A stretch of 64,000 nucleotides of DNA, from contig OZ024740.1 in the NCBI GenBank assembly GCA_964016885.1, forward strand, positions 248,434,001-248,498,000, in the 5' to 3' direction. The stretch is from Eledone cirrhosa. Lineage: Eukaryota. A program made the position numbers and the translations under genes. Position 1 is the first letter of the stretch. Each line of letters begins with the position of its first letter. Under the pieces are notes generated by a model that searched no databases, was not told the origin of the DNA, and saw nothing but the letters and a program-made list of their open reading frames with translations. Shown piece after piece: positions 13,369 to 26,557 of the stretch.

Positions 13369-14185
13369 GAACATCTGGTAGAAGCATATTTCTTTAGAAA
13401 GCAACTTAAGTCTCAAAACTCTACATTTTGCCACCTAAGCAACCTATTCCGTACTAAAAAATATTTTCCTACTTCTACTATTTCCTTATCATCCTCATTC
13501 TTATCCTCTTCCTCCTTTTACTCTTTAGTATCATCATACTATTCTATCTCAGATCGTTGATAGTTCAAGAAAAATTTCCGTATCTAGCCCTTTAACTATC
13601 AATCAGCACTGATATATCTAATATAAGAGAAAAACAATACTCCGAACAAAACAGACACAGAAAATCGTTATAAATCACCATTGCAGATTTAACATAATCT
13701 ACATAGCAGGATTGAGCAACATATTAGTAGAAACAATTAAAGAACAGGAGAATCGTAACAGAATTCACTCCACTTCTGAAAGAAAATGTCAAATCCTTGC
13801 AAAAAAAAAAATGAAAATATGCTAAATAGACGTTGGGGGAAAAATAGCGGCAAGGGCGGGATCATTATTTTCATAACGCTCAGAGTGAATATCTGTAACC
13901 GAAGATCTTTTAAGTGCAGCACACTGCTAGTTTCTGGCTACCAATGACTACTTAAAGAAAATCGTTAAGCGAGAAACAACAGACGGTGATTGCAAATGGA
14001 AATCAACAATCATTACTAAAGAGCTAGTCTGGCATTTTTGCTATTGGAGATCGGGTTTTGATCTCCATATTTGATGGGCTTACCTTTCAGAAACCCTTTA
14101 AAAGCCTACTGGCCGCTCTTACAATAATAACAATTTTTATGTTTGTTTTTTCTGCTTGTGTTTGATAATAAATCAAAATACAAAC

Positions 14186-14326
14186 CATTAATTTCCAGTT
14201 CATTCATGGCTTCTTTCAAATCCGATTCTGACGGGTTCCAGCCGATACACCGAAGAAACTCGCCAATGTCTAACACAGACATCTTGTCTTTCCGACTCTT
14301 GAATAACTTGAAGACTTCGTAAAGCT
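14186..14326 (-). CDS. Calmodulin-like EF-hand protein, coding exon 2 (141 nt)
   Basis: Acceptor ttatag|, donor |gtttgt. Translates ELYEVFKLFKSRKDKMSVLDIGEFLRCIGWNPSESDLKEAMNELEIN(G), aligning to calmodulin EF1 and LGQNPTEAELQDMINEVD. Phase 1-1. Not in the ORF track. Confidence 0.9.
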
Positions 14327-14380
14327 CTATAATAACAATATAAAAAAGAAAATAAGAATGTATATATATATATATAGATA

Positions 14381-14386
<6 letters not shown>

Positions 14387-14416
<30 letters not shown>

Positions 14417-14482
14417 TGTATGTATGTATGTATGTATGTATGTATGTATGTATGTATGTATGTATGTACGTATGTATGTATG
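14387..14482. repeat. (TATG)n microsatellite
   Basis: Read directly from sequence. Confidence 0.97.
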
Positions 14483-14600
14483 TTCTTCTGGTTTTATAAT
14501 TTCACAATTTTTTTGCCAATAAATAGAGAGAGTCGGTTTCTAACTTAGACACAAGACTCTACATAACATCAACTAGGTAGATTATGTATGCATGCAATTA

Positions 14601-16525
14601 AATTGGTTTACAAAAAAAGTTTTTTTTTGTAAGTCGTCGAAGTTTTTTCAACTGATTTAGGACAATTTTGCACCGCTGAATCTGAAAATGACATCCGTTT
14701 CTCTCAATCAGGTCAGGTTTTTGTGCTAAATCAATAAAAAAAATCTGATCTTCTGACTAAATCGATTACATTTTTGTTAATATTTCTCATTCGAAATAGG
14801 GTTTTAAGAGAAAAAATCGTTTTCTAACACAATTCATTAATTAAATGTTACAAAAATTGATTCGTGTACATTGAATAGTAGAGATTGATAAAAGTAAGTA
14901 CATGTAAATTGGATGTTAGGTCATCATTGTTTTTAAATTTAGGGCTTGAACTTCCGTTTCTTCGAACTCCTAGAATGCTCAGAGGCAGGGGTGTCTCTCT
15001 TCAGAGTACAACAGTAATCAGCCATAATGATTGCATCCCAGCGTCCCTGATATCTGATCTCCATCTCTTTCATGTCCTGATGGAATTTCTCCCCTTGCTC
15101 GTTACTCATTGATCCCAGATTCTCTGGAAACCGATCCATATGTGAGAATAAATAATACATTATAATGCTCATGTTGCATCCGAGGTTTCTGAAAGCAGTC
15201 AGCATATTGGTGACAAGTTCTGCGTAGTTCCTGCCTTTGTTATTGCCAAGAAAGTTCTTCACAACCAGAACAAAAGCCTTCCACGCTTCCAGTTCCACTT
15301 CGTTCATTGAGTTTTCAAACTCTGGATTTCTGATGAGCTGACGGAGTTGAGGACCACCAAAGATGCCACAAATAAGTGAAGCAGCCGCTATCCTTGTCCA
15401 GAACTTTGGTGATCTATTTGATCAAGCCGAGCTTGATGTGTAGCAGTGGGAAGAGTATCCTATCTCTATCCACCAGAGCGTTGTTTATGACATTCCTTGC
15501 TCTGCAAGGCACCCATTCCTCACATACAGGCCAGTCCTTCTTCGTGTAATACTGAGCTTGGTCCCTACTATCCTACATGCACAGTGGGATAGTAGTTTCT
15601 GTACAGTACACCAAGTCCTTCTCTTCAGAGTAAAAACTGAGGTACTCTTGATGTCTGTTGCGGTAGATGGTGATGCAAACTCTGTCAGAGAGGAGGTTTT
15701 TTCCCTTCAATCTGGATGCCAAAAGTGCGGCAGAGAACTTTGACAAGCTGAGATCGCGAACTATAATATTTAGCTCCTTTTGGGAAAAAGAATGTGGAGC
15801 ATCATCGTCAAGAACCACTTCTTTTTCTTTATTTTCTTCAACATTGAAGGAATCTTCGTCACTAATGTCAGGAGGTTCTCCAAAGACAGGAATTTCATGA
15901 CAATAAGCTACAGAACGACGTGCTGATTCAAGGTCAGGATACTTGAGGTTGCTCTGGTTCTTTCTGTTGATCCCAGTCAAATCAGTAATGCAGAAGTAGC
16001 AGTCAGTGCCATAGTTTGTCAACTCGAAACCATGGGATTTCCAAACTTCAGACAACTCTTTTTGTCGTTGGTACAACGACACAGATACTCGGTGCATGTC
16101 TTGCATACCATGTGTGGCGCCCAAGCTTTATCCTGGTCACCAAAATAAGCATGGTAAGCACGCTGTATGAAACCTGTGACTGGATTCCTGTTAGGAACAA
16201 CTGTGTATTCGCCGCAGATGTAACAGAATACATCGGGCTTATTTTTGCAAGATCTTCTGGCCGAATCCATTTCATTTACACGTAAAAAAATAATACCAGT
16301 TAGTCAAAAATTGGCGCATGTAAACTCTTCAGAATTCGTTTATTTAAAGAAAAAAGAAAGAATTTTGCATCATATAAATTGAAAATACCCGTACACGTAA
16401 ACAAAAGCGTAAAAAAAGATCATGAGGCGATACATCAAAAAGTTGACCTGATTGAGTTTTGGATTCAGCACATCAAAATTGTCCTAAATCAGCTAAAAAG
16501 ACAATAAATTTGGTGTTGGCCAGTG
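14601..16525 (-). mobile_element. Cut-and-paste DNA transposon with frameshifted transposase, probably Chapaev3-like (CMC superfamily), in intron 1
   Basis: Transposase pieces CKNKPDVFCYICGEY..GDQDKAWAPHMVC, DCYFC and ENLGSMSNEQGEKFHQDMKEME.RYQG (14939-16270). Subterminal inverted repeats CTGATTTAGGACAATTTTG / CAAAATTGTCCTAAATCAG. One end reads CAC. Superfamily recalled from motif, not searched. Confidence 0.8.
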
Positions 16526-16987
16526 TATATTTCGTACCTAGTCGTTTGGTCGATTAATTAACTTCATGTCATAAGTCATAGATAGATAGCTCGATCAGGG
16601 CTAACCTCGACTACACCATAACAACAAAATGTCACCATTGATTTCACTGAATTAATCATCAGCAACGGAGTTGATCAAGTCCAGGCTCGTGCAAAGTTGG
16701 TAATAGGTTAATTATAAAATATAGACCCCAAATACAGTAACAGGCCCATGTCAGAAATTGAATGCAAGCCCGACTTCTAATTGCTCATCAAATGTTTTAG
16801 TAATCAGTGCTAAATACATGATTTATGTGTGGGTTACAGGTGTATACATTCACACGAAATGTGCATGATGTACTTACAGGTAACAAAACAAATTAAAAAA
16901 ATTGGAAATTGAGGCGAGTAGGCCTCCTTAAAATCGTCGACCAGCTGGATTGCATTCTTTATCATCAGTTCTAGCCTGATCAAGCAT

Positions 16988-17056
<69 letters not shown>
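16988..17056. repeat. (CTA)n microsatellite
   Basis: Read directly from sequence. Confidence 0.97.
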
Positions 17057-17428
17057 TAGCACAGTATAACAAGGAAGCCTCTTTATGTGGTCATTCGACT
17101 TTATTTCTGTCAAATCACTCTCTTACAAAAATAAAAATAAAACTTGTTACTATCTTTAAAAGTGATGGCTACCGTATATTTCAAGACTACAATATAAATC
17201 ACAATAAAGACAAATGGCCGGATCTAGAAATGCCAATGAAATACTTGGCTCTATAAACGTAGCTCCTTTCAAATAGATGGATCAAAAATTTAACGGCGAA
17301 ACATTTGCTTGAATATTACATTATCAACAATAGTAATACATGAAACACTACATTCAATAAACTTAAACTTAATACAATTCTATTTACCTCCAACAAATAC
17401 AATTTTAAAGAAACTATAAATGTTTATA

Positions 17429-17547
<119 letters not shown>

Positions 17548-17665
17548 ACTGCTACATTGCAAGTCAAAGAGTCACTCGCCAAATCCACACAGCTACCGCT
17601 TGTGGTGGTAGTGGTGCTTGTAGTGGCGGCCGAGGCGGAATTAGTGTTGGTTGCAAATCGGTGGA

Positions 17666-17681
17666 GAAGAAGAAGAAGAAG

Positions 17682-17711
<30 letters not shown>
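17666..17711. repeat. (GAA)n microsatellite
   Basis: Read directly from sequence. Confidence 0.97.
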
Positions 17712-17712
<1 letters not shown>

Positions 17713-18315
17713 TTTTTCTTCCATTGACCACAAGTAGTGGGATAGGTTAGGAAAACTACCAGGAAGACATAAACAAAAAGTGTTGGGTGCTGAGATTTAC
17801 ATTGAGTCCTAACAATTAAGGTACAGTGATAGCTAGATAACAATGAATAGCAATAACTATTTAGTAATGATTTCTGTATATTGCCGGTCACGACAGATGA
17901 GAAAGGATTAGATGAAAATATATTATATAGACAACAAAGCAACAAATCAATAATGATAAACAAAAGGCCCACAAAGGAGGGGAATACCCCAATGTCCTGT
18001 CCACTGATAGAGCAATATGTGTATGTGTGTAGAGAGAAAGAGAGAGGGGAATTGTATACACACACACACACATATAGATGTGTATATCTTCATTGAACTG
18101 TATTGTTTTCCTGTGTTTTTATCCATTTTCTTTTCGTATATATACAGGCTGTATCAAAAGTTATATTTCAAAAGTTATATTTGAAAGAAATGATCATAAT
18201 CATGCGGAAACGTGGACGATACATGTCTGAATATAAAGTTGTACCCTTTTCCCATAACCTTTATAAATGTATTGATAAAGTTATTTACATATTGAGCATT
18301 AATAAAAATTGTAAA

Positions 18316-18501
18316 TAATTGTTTCTACTTTAGGCACAAGGCCAGCAATTACCCAGTGCATTACTGGTACTTTATTTTATCGACCCCGTAAGGATGAAAG
18401 GCAAAGTCAACCTCGGCGGGATTTGAACTCAGATCGTAAAGGGACGTAACTATGCTGGAAAGCATGGCGTCCGACCCTCTACCGATACTGCCAATCCACC
18501 A
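18316..18501 (-). mobile_element. SINE family A, full length
   Basis: Near-identical reverse complement of the copy at 35043-35224. Confidence 0.92.
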
Positions 18502-18566
18502 CCCACCACAATAAAAATTGTAAATAATATCGGATGATTTGCTTTGATACTCCATGTGTATATATA

Positions 18567-19033
18567 CCCTATATGCCCGCGTACAAGTCAATCCGGCGCA
18601 TAGGTCGACACCTAAAGTTTTGAGGTGTAATTCAGGTTTAGGTCTTTATTTGCCAGATAAGTCGACCCAAAAAATATAAGGGAGCTGCAGGGGAAATAAT
18701 TCCAAAAAATTAGTGGCGTGCCATAGGCTAAGACACTTCTTCTAAAACACTTCAGTCTCAAGTGAGTTCTAACTCATTCAGTAAACCAGCTTAGCCTAAC
18801 CTTAATGAACCTATGGTAACCTACCCTATGAGCTATGGCAAGTCGTTGATATTATTATAATCTCTACATTAAATAGACTTAACAAATATAAGATTCAGTA
18901 GGAAAATAATTGTGGTGGGCTACTAGAGTTATGGTAAAGTGGTGTATAACGAGTGTTTGGCAGGCAGTTTCATAGATTACCACTGGTTTGGGAGATAGGC
19001 CCCAAATGTCGAATTCTACGCCGGCATATACGG
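18567..19033. mobile_element. Tc1/mariner-pogo-type MITE
   Basis: Imperfect terminal inverted repeats CCCTATATGCCCGCGTA / TACGCCGGCATATACGG, each flanked by TA. No ORF. Confidence 0.65.
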
Positions 19034-19217
19034 TATATATATATATATATAGTTCAAGGAGACAACAAACAAAAGTACAAAAAATCTTTTATATATATAT
19101 ATATATATTAATAAAAGGAATTCCAACTGATTTACTCGTTTTATTTACAATCCTTTAAAATTTATAATGGTATTAGAATGAAATAGTATGGTAGAATATT
19201 AAATGTTAAGTGTTAAT

Positions 19218-19256
19218 TGAACAAGTACTTTCATGCTTTCGCAATCTTCAGGTTCA
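19218..19256 (-). ncRNA. Minimal type I hammerhead ribozyme motif (left arm of palindrome)
   Basis: UGAAC CUGAAGA UUGC-GAAA-GCAU GAAA GUAC UU GUUCA. Same as the right arm but stem II is closed by a GAAA tetraloop. Confidence 0.72.
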
Positions 19257-19329
19257 TATTGTGTGGTGACAGTCAAGTTTGCAATTTTCAACTGTGGAAA
19301 ATTGTAAACTTGACTGTCACCACACAATA

Positions 19330-19368
19330 TGAACCTGAAGATTGCAAAAGCATGAAAGTACTTGTTCA
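19330..19368 (+). ncRNA. Minimal type I hammerhead ribozyme motif (right arm of palindrome)
   Basis: Stem I TGAAC/GTTCA; core CUGAAGA; stem II U-UGC-AAAA-GCA-U; GAAA; palindromic stem III AAGTACTT; CUU triplet. Confidence 0.72.
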
Positions 19369-20092
19369 ATTAATACTTAACATTTAATATTCTACCATAC
19401 TATTTCATTCTAATACCATTATAAATTTTAAAGGATTGTAAATAAAACGAGTAAATCAGACAAAGTTGGAATTCCTTTTATTAATATAATCTTCTATACA
19501 CAATCATACACACCCGTGTATATATATATATATATATATATATAAAGAGAGAGATTGAACAGGAACTTCGAGACTGGCAATAAATAGTAAACTAACCACT
19601 ACCATGCTGGTCGATACATCGAGCTCCACCGATCAATCGACCCTCTGAAACGATCGTAAAACAATGAACTAACTCTCTACCTACACATGACTTCTATTTT
19701 TATTCTTCGAACACACAGAAACATCAACAAAGAGCGGACAAGACAACGAACAAAACAAGGCAAAACAAAAAACAATTTTTGAAGGGGAAACCTTAAAAAA
19801 TTATTTTTTGAAAATAAAAATACAAACGAAAGACACAGACTCCAGGGTCATCGCCCGTTAAAGTGAACTTTGGCAGTCTCGACTCCTACCAACGGTATTG
19901 CTAGTCAACCAGGAAATCACAGCGCTTGACACAAGTCAAAGTAGTGTCCCACAGAATAAGAGACTAAACAAACAGCAACACACACACTCAAGAATCGCTG
20001 CTTTCACCCTTAACAGGTTCATATATATTTTATATATATTTATCCTTATCGAGCCCTCTTTGGATTTTAGTCTTCACATTTATTATTATTAT

Positions 20093-20132
<40 letters not shown>

Positions 20133-20231
20133 CTTTTCGATCGACTTTCGTCAAATCGGACCGAGGAAACAATGTTTCCGTCGGTCTTTCCAGTTGCTAA
20201 TACTATCTATCGGTCGCAACTCCAGGTAGAA

Positions 20232-20649
<418 letters not shown>

Positions 20650-20679
20650 ATCAAAAGATGGTTAAAGGAGTTCCATGTA

Positions 20680-20746
20680 TTTTATTATGCGCATTTCAAA
20701 AACAAACATCATCATGCAATAATATTTGTGTTTTCATCAGATAAAA
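20680..20746 (-). ncRNA. Type I hammerhead ribozyme motif, sense to the host gene intron 1
   Basis: Stem I UUUUAU/AUAAAA; intact core CUGAUGA; long stem II (AAA.ACAAAUAUUAU / AUGAUGUUUGU.UUU with G-U pairs); GAAA; palindromic stem III AUGCGCAU; AUA cleavage triplet. Confidence 0.78.
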
Positions 20747-20841
20747 CAGGAGAACATGATATGAAGGCTAAAAAACACTTGTGGATAGTGCAGTTTTAAA
20801 TCAACATTTTGCTTTATTGTACTACAATAAAACTCACCTCC

Positions 20842-20908
<67 letters not shown>

Positions 20909-21399
20909 CATAGGAGAGTGTGTTTTCATTTACAGGATTTTAAACCTGCGTGAAGAGAAGAAAGCTAAGAGAGGTATGGGGAAAACATAATAATTAAAAG
21001 GATAAATTAAAATGAAAGACCTACCTCATAACTAGCACTTGTACAAACTCACTAAGAGATTGTTTCACAGTATAAGTGGGTTCAAATTCAGCTTTGTGGA
21101 TCATCAGCAAGTGCTCAAGCTGATATTGTCCCCACTACTAACGATAACTATAGTAACCGACCTGTTGCACGTGTGAATAGAGGGAGATATGTGCACGAGG
21201 CAGTGATTGGTGGCATGAATAGAACAAGCCGCTAGAAATGGCAGCCTATACTATTCAATGTATGGTGCTTGACAGCAGAATTATAAGACTATAAGCGAGT
21301 CCTTTACTCCGTTATTTTACTTTATATTTAACTCTGTAGCGGAGATTCATTCGGTCTCCTAGTTAGAATTTTATTCTACAACTTCTGCTATACCATTTA

Positions 21400-21638
21400 C
21401 GTGGTTTTGTCTTTGCGTGCTATTGTTCTCCACGCTCCACATATGACTTATTATCTTCGTTTTTTCGTTCATTGCCAGAGAACGTCTCTATGCACCACTT
21501 AGAGAACATTAGTCTACGACCTCTTTTATACCAAAAACGTGGTTCTGTCTTTGCGCGTAATTGTTTTTCACCGCTCCTATTAATGACGTATTATTCGTTT
21601 TTTCCCGTTCTTTGCCAGCGAACGTCACCATGAACCAA
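21400..21638 (+). repeat. Degenerate tandem duplication (period about 140 bp)
   Basis: GTGGTT.TGTCTTTGCG...TTGCCAG.GAACGTC..ATG.ACCA at about 21400-21497 and 21539-21638. Confidence 0.75.
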
Positions 21639-21872
21639 AGTATCGTCTTCCTGTCTTCCTCCGGTTGCAACGTTTTTTGAAATATCCAGTTCTGCGTTTA
21701 CAGATTGACTTTGTTAGTTTCAGAAGATCCCATTAAGGGTGAAAGCAGCTATTCTTTGCTTAAACTTTAATCTGTTATTTTAATAAATATTTGCTCTACG
21801 GTTCTTATATATTTGATATATATTTTCCTTATCGAGCCCTCTTTGGATTTTAGTCTTCAATTTTATTATTAT

Positions 21873-22128
<256 letters not shown>

Positions 22129-22251
22129 GCATAGATATTCTATGCCTGCTAGTTTAGTTATCTATGTCCTATGTTGGATGAAGTTTGTAACCTTAGGTAG
22201 CATGCATTTTTCTTGAGATATTATTCATTTAATATATATTTGGCTCCCTAC

Positions 22252-22356
<105 letters not shown>

Positions 22357-22967
22357 GTGCGTGTGTGTGTGTGTATGCGTGTGCGTGTGTGCGTGTGTGC
22401 GTGTGCGCGCGCGTGTGTGTGTGTGTGTACATATACACACGATGAAAAATAAACAGACAAGCAGAGAGGCAAAATTAATTATTCTCCTCTTTCATTTCTT
22501 TTATGCAAAAAAGTAACAATGTACATTAGTATGATTATAAGGACTGCATTCCACCATTGATGATTTTATATCCATACATGAAACTTTGAGATCTCATAGT
22601 CTGGTGTGTCATGCTTTATTATAAAAATTATTTTAATATATGTACGTATAGGATACGTTCATTCCACTATATTTAAATGTTTACCAGCACACACACGCGC
22701 GCGCTCACACACACCTAAATACGAATGGCCACAACGAATGACCCGATCACAGGCCTGCGGTGCCATGTAGGCCTATAATTCACATATTTCGTCAGATAAC
22801 GGCATGGTAAGATCTTGATTCAACAGTGAATCGACAACGGTTGAATGCTACGGAGTGTGAATGTGTGTGTGTGTGTATGGGGGGGGGGTATGTGTACAAG
22901 TGTCAGCTTCTTGTGCATGTGAGTGTATATGTATTTGTTCGTGTGCATTTGTGCGCCTATGTATATT

Positions 22968-23002
<35 letters not shown>

Positions 23003-23093
23003 ATGTGTGTGTGAGTGTGTGTGTGTGAATATGAATGTACATATGTATGCATGTGTATGCTTACAGATGTTTATCTGCGCATGTGTACCTGTC

Positions 23094-23126
<33 letters not shown>

Positions 23127-23355
23127 ATGTATGTGTCTGTGTCTGTTCTATATCTATGTGCGTTAGCATGTGCGTGCATGTGTGTCTATGTGTGTGTCTA
23201 TGTGTGCTTATGTGTGCCGATCATGGCTGACCTGGTTTAAAGAACCACAACATATTAACTAGAATAACAAAAAATGCAGCATGGAACAACATGGAAATAC
23301 ATCAAATACACGATTTTAACGTTTGTTGAAACTCAACCACACATTTACAAGCAGA

Positions 23356-23634
23356 TCCTTACGGGGTCGATAAAATAAGGTACCAGTAATGTACTGGATA
23401 ATTGCTGGCCTTGTGCCTAAAATAGAAACAATTATATATATATATATAGGTGGATTGGCAGTATCGGTAGAGGGTCGGACGCCATGCTTTGCAGCAAAGA
23501 GTTACTTCCCTTTACGGACTGAGTTCAAATCCCGCCGAGGTTAACTTTGCCTTTCATCCTTACGGGATCGATAAAGTAAAGCACCAGTAATACACTGGGG
23601 TAATTGCTGGCCTTGTGCCAAAAGTAGAAACAAT
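23356..23634 (+). mobile_element. Two adjacent SINE family A copies (3' fragment 23356-23433; full copy 23449-23634)
   Basis: Conserved body and tail, separated by (TA)n. Confidence 0.9.
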
Positions 23635-23665
<31 letters not shown>

Positions 23666-24651
23666 AAGCAATTCCTTGGTGTATTCCTCGAAACGATCGG
23701 TGTCTCCATTGAGCAAAGCTGGTCTCAGAAGCCACAGTCGCGGCCATGTTCAAAGAGAACCAGTGAACTATGATCTCCACGTTTTTGTGAAGGTTCACAA
23801 GCAACTTGATGCAAATAGTTGTCGTCAGTATGCGAAAGCGTGCAAGTATGTAGCAGGCTTGAAAAGCCATATCCGAGTGTCACACATCTGAATTTGACAA
23901 GCGATTGCAATACTCTTAGCATGAGTTTGCAGCCATCATGTATGAATGTATGTATGTATCTATGTATCTATGTATGTATATATGTATGTATATATGTATG
24001 TATATGCATTCAAAGACACAGACACATAAATAAACTGATAGAGAGTCACACACAGAGATACATGCATATGATATACATAGACATATGTGCTGTGTACACA
24101 CGTATGTGTGCATGTGTGTGTGTATTAGCGCGCATGTATATGTAAACATGTATATATATATGAACCACCATCGGTTTCGAAGATGATTGTTCTAGCCATT
24201 TGAACGGCCTATATATACTAATTAAATATCTAATATGAGATATTGAACATTAGCTTAAATAATTAAAAAGATGAGCAGAAATATGTTAGAAAAATACTGA
24301 AAGACATCTTCAGATAATTTCAAGGTTTAAGTCGTGGAATATTCCACAGAGACATGTAATCGTAACGTAATCCTCGTGGAGATTCAATGTGTGAGAAGGC
24401 CGGTTCTTTGAATTACAGCTACAATCTACCTAACAATTTTCGTCTACCGAATTACACTCACAATGCTTGGGATCGTCCCGAGGTTATGGTAAAATACACA
24501 TGCACAAAATGTCATGCAGTGGGACCGAATCCGTGAGTGTATATATGAAAATGTAAGTATATATAGGTGTGCACACGCTCGCAAGTACACACACACACAC
24601 ACACACACACAGACATATATATATATATGCGTGTGTATATATATATATTTG

Positions 24652-24747
<96 letters not shown>

Positions 24748-25044
24748 CTCTCGCGTACATATAAGACAAATTATCTATATCTTTTACAACACGCGCCCAA
24801 ACTGCCGGGAGACACACGCACGAACGTGAGTGTACAGACAGAAATGCAAGGTATATTAGAAATTCCTCGTGCAATTCTAAGTTTATATGGCTTTAAATTG
24901 TCCAAGAACTTTAATAATGACCATAAAAACAAACATTATAAAAGATCTTTTGCAGTTTTAAATGTGTGTCAATTACAACTGTACATAATGACCTCTTATA
25001 AGAAATATAGAAAAAGATTAAATTCCAGCTTAATCAACACTTAC

Positions 25045-25252
25045 CTTCTTTTTGTTCTTGACTCAATTCAGGCTCTTCGGTTTGCATTTCTCCAAATCCA
25101 AACATGCGTTTCAAACCCATAGATGGTGAGATTTGATGTATCTGTAGACTCTGCTCGTCTTCTTGCAGCTGCTCTTCTTCTTGCTGCTGCGGCTGTTTTT
25201 GCTGCAGAGTCACGAGAAGGTAATTTCCAGCACAACACAGAGCCCTGCACAT
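25045..25252 (-). CDS. Calmodulin-like EF-hand protein, coding exon 1 (alternative in-frame ATG at 25120)
   Basis: ORF MCRALCC...MGLKRMFGFGEMQTEEPELSQEQKE ends at a phase-1 donor G|GTAAGT (GT at 25044-25043). It joins exon 2 in frame to give ELSQEQKE/ELYEVFKLF, matching calmodulin QLTEEQIA/EFKEAFSLF. Start codon choice is uncertain. Confidence 0.8.
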
Positions 25253-26488
25253 GCATGAAACTTGTATCGTGAACTAAGCTTTACACTGCGCTGGAGACAC
25301 CGCAATATGGCAATGACAGAAACGTCAGCAACGACAGCAGCTAAGAGTAAAGTAAGTAACGTAAGCAACGTAAGCAGCGAAAGCAGTATACAGTAAACAG
25401 CTGCAGTATCTGTGGCACGATGCTAATACAATGAATGCAGCTGAAGCAACTGTTTGAATGGCGAACGTCGTGAAATAGTTATAGTAACAGTGAAAGTGGA
25501 AGTACTACGTTTAAAAGTGAAAGTAGGAGAGAAGGGCGGAGCCTATTGTTTCGTGTTGTTTCACATAACGTTTTTTTTCCCCCGCCTACTTTTCATTCAA
25601 GGAACCCCGGGTTTCCAAGTGAACTATTATGTGTACAAGGAAAACACACTAAAAAAGGGTTGTAATTTGGAACTGGAATCGTAGGTTGGAAATATTTTCG
25701 CTTATTGTTCGTTTTTGTGTGTGTATTATTGTGTTTAAATAAACAATAATTATGAAACAAAATTATTGATTTTTTTTCTATTTGCTTACGTTGTATGCTG
25801 TTTGTTTTTGTTTTGTTTTGTATTGCTTTTTTTGTTTCTGTACCTTTGTTTTTGTACTATTTCTGCTTTAGTTGTTGCTGCTGCTGTTCTAGTTGTTGAA
25901 ACTATGTTTGATTCATTGCAGTGGTTCTTACATTATATCACAACACTAGACGAGAAGAAAATACAAACTATATTTTCATTGTTTTGCTTTGTTCGGGGTA
26001 TTTTTCATTTGTGACTTCACTTTTTCTAATTCTACTAATCAGGTGTACATGTTTTTGTGTATCATATACGTATGTATGCATACATGTATATTATTGTGAT
26101 AAAAAGTTGCTATCATATCTTCGAAGCAAACACACACACACATATGTATATATATATTAAAAGGCACATAAGCGCCTATCAATAATTTTATATATAATGA
26201 TGTATATATATGTTTACATATGTGTGTGTATACTTATATATGTATATATGTACGTATTTATATATATATGTATATATGAATGTGTATATAGGTTTAATAT
26301 GTAAGAGTATTGTAAATTATTCTAGCATCATTTTTATCTAGCAATGTTTCTATCGATCTGTACAAAAACACAAAATGAGCAACGGTCACTGAGAAATGGA
26401 AAACTGGCTCCGCCGAATGAATGGTGATAATTGCAGAAGAGGCTTTAATATATGCGCTAAAGTGCTGCTGCGTATGTGCTATGTGGTT

Positions 26489-26557
26489 GCTGCATACGCT
26501 GTCGTTGCAGCTGCATACGCTGTCGTTGCAGCTGCATACCCTGTCGTTGCAGCTGCA
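26489..26557 (+). repeat. 21-bp minisatellite, about 3 units (GCTGCATACGCTGTCGTTGCA)
   Basis: Read directly from sequence. Confidence 0.9.

Larger units (their letters stand above)
19104..19488. repeat. Near-perfect foldback palindrome (arms about 186 and 192 bp, 7-nt loop)
   Basis: Arms compared by hand: 3 substitutions (19212/19374, 19240/19346, 19281/19305) and one 6-nt indel. Loop AACTGTG at 19290-19296. Confidence 0.97.

Noticed and set aside
13679-13775. Exon-like segment (tttcag|...ATG|gtga) in intron 2
   Set aside because: In-frame stop within four codons in the required phase; weak donor.
16630-16665. CTGATGA...GAAA on the minus strand (similar hits at about 28388 plus and 40808 plus)
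   Set aside because: No credible stems II and III or NUH triplet; likely chance matches.
21025-21119. AG...GT-bounded 95-nt segment on the minus strand in intron 1 with one open frame
   Set aside because: Entered in phase 1 from exon 1 it gives an immediate TGA, and it has no EF-hand similarity. At most a cryptic exon, with no support.
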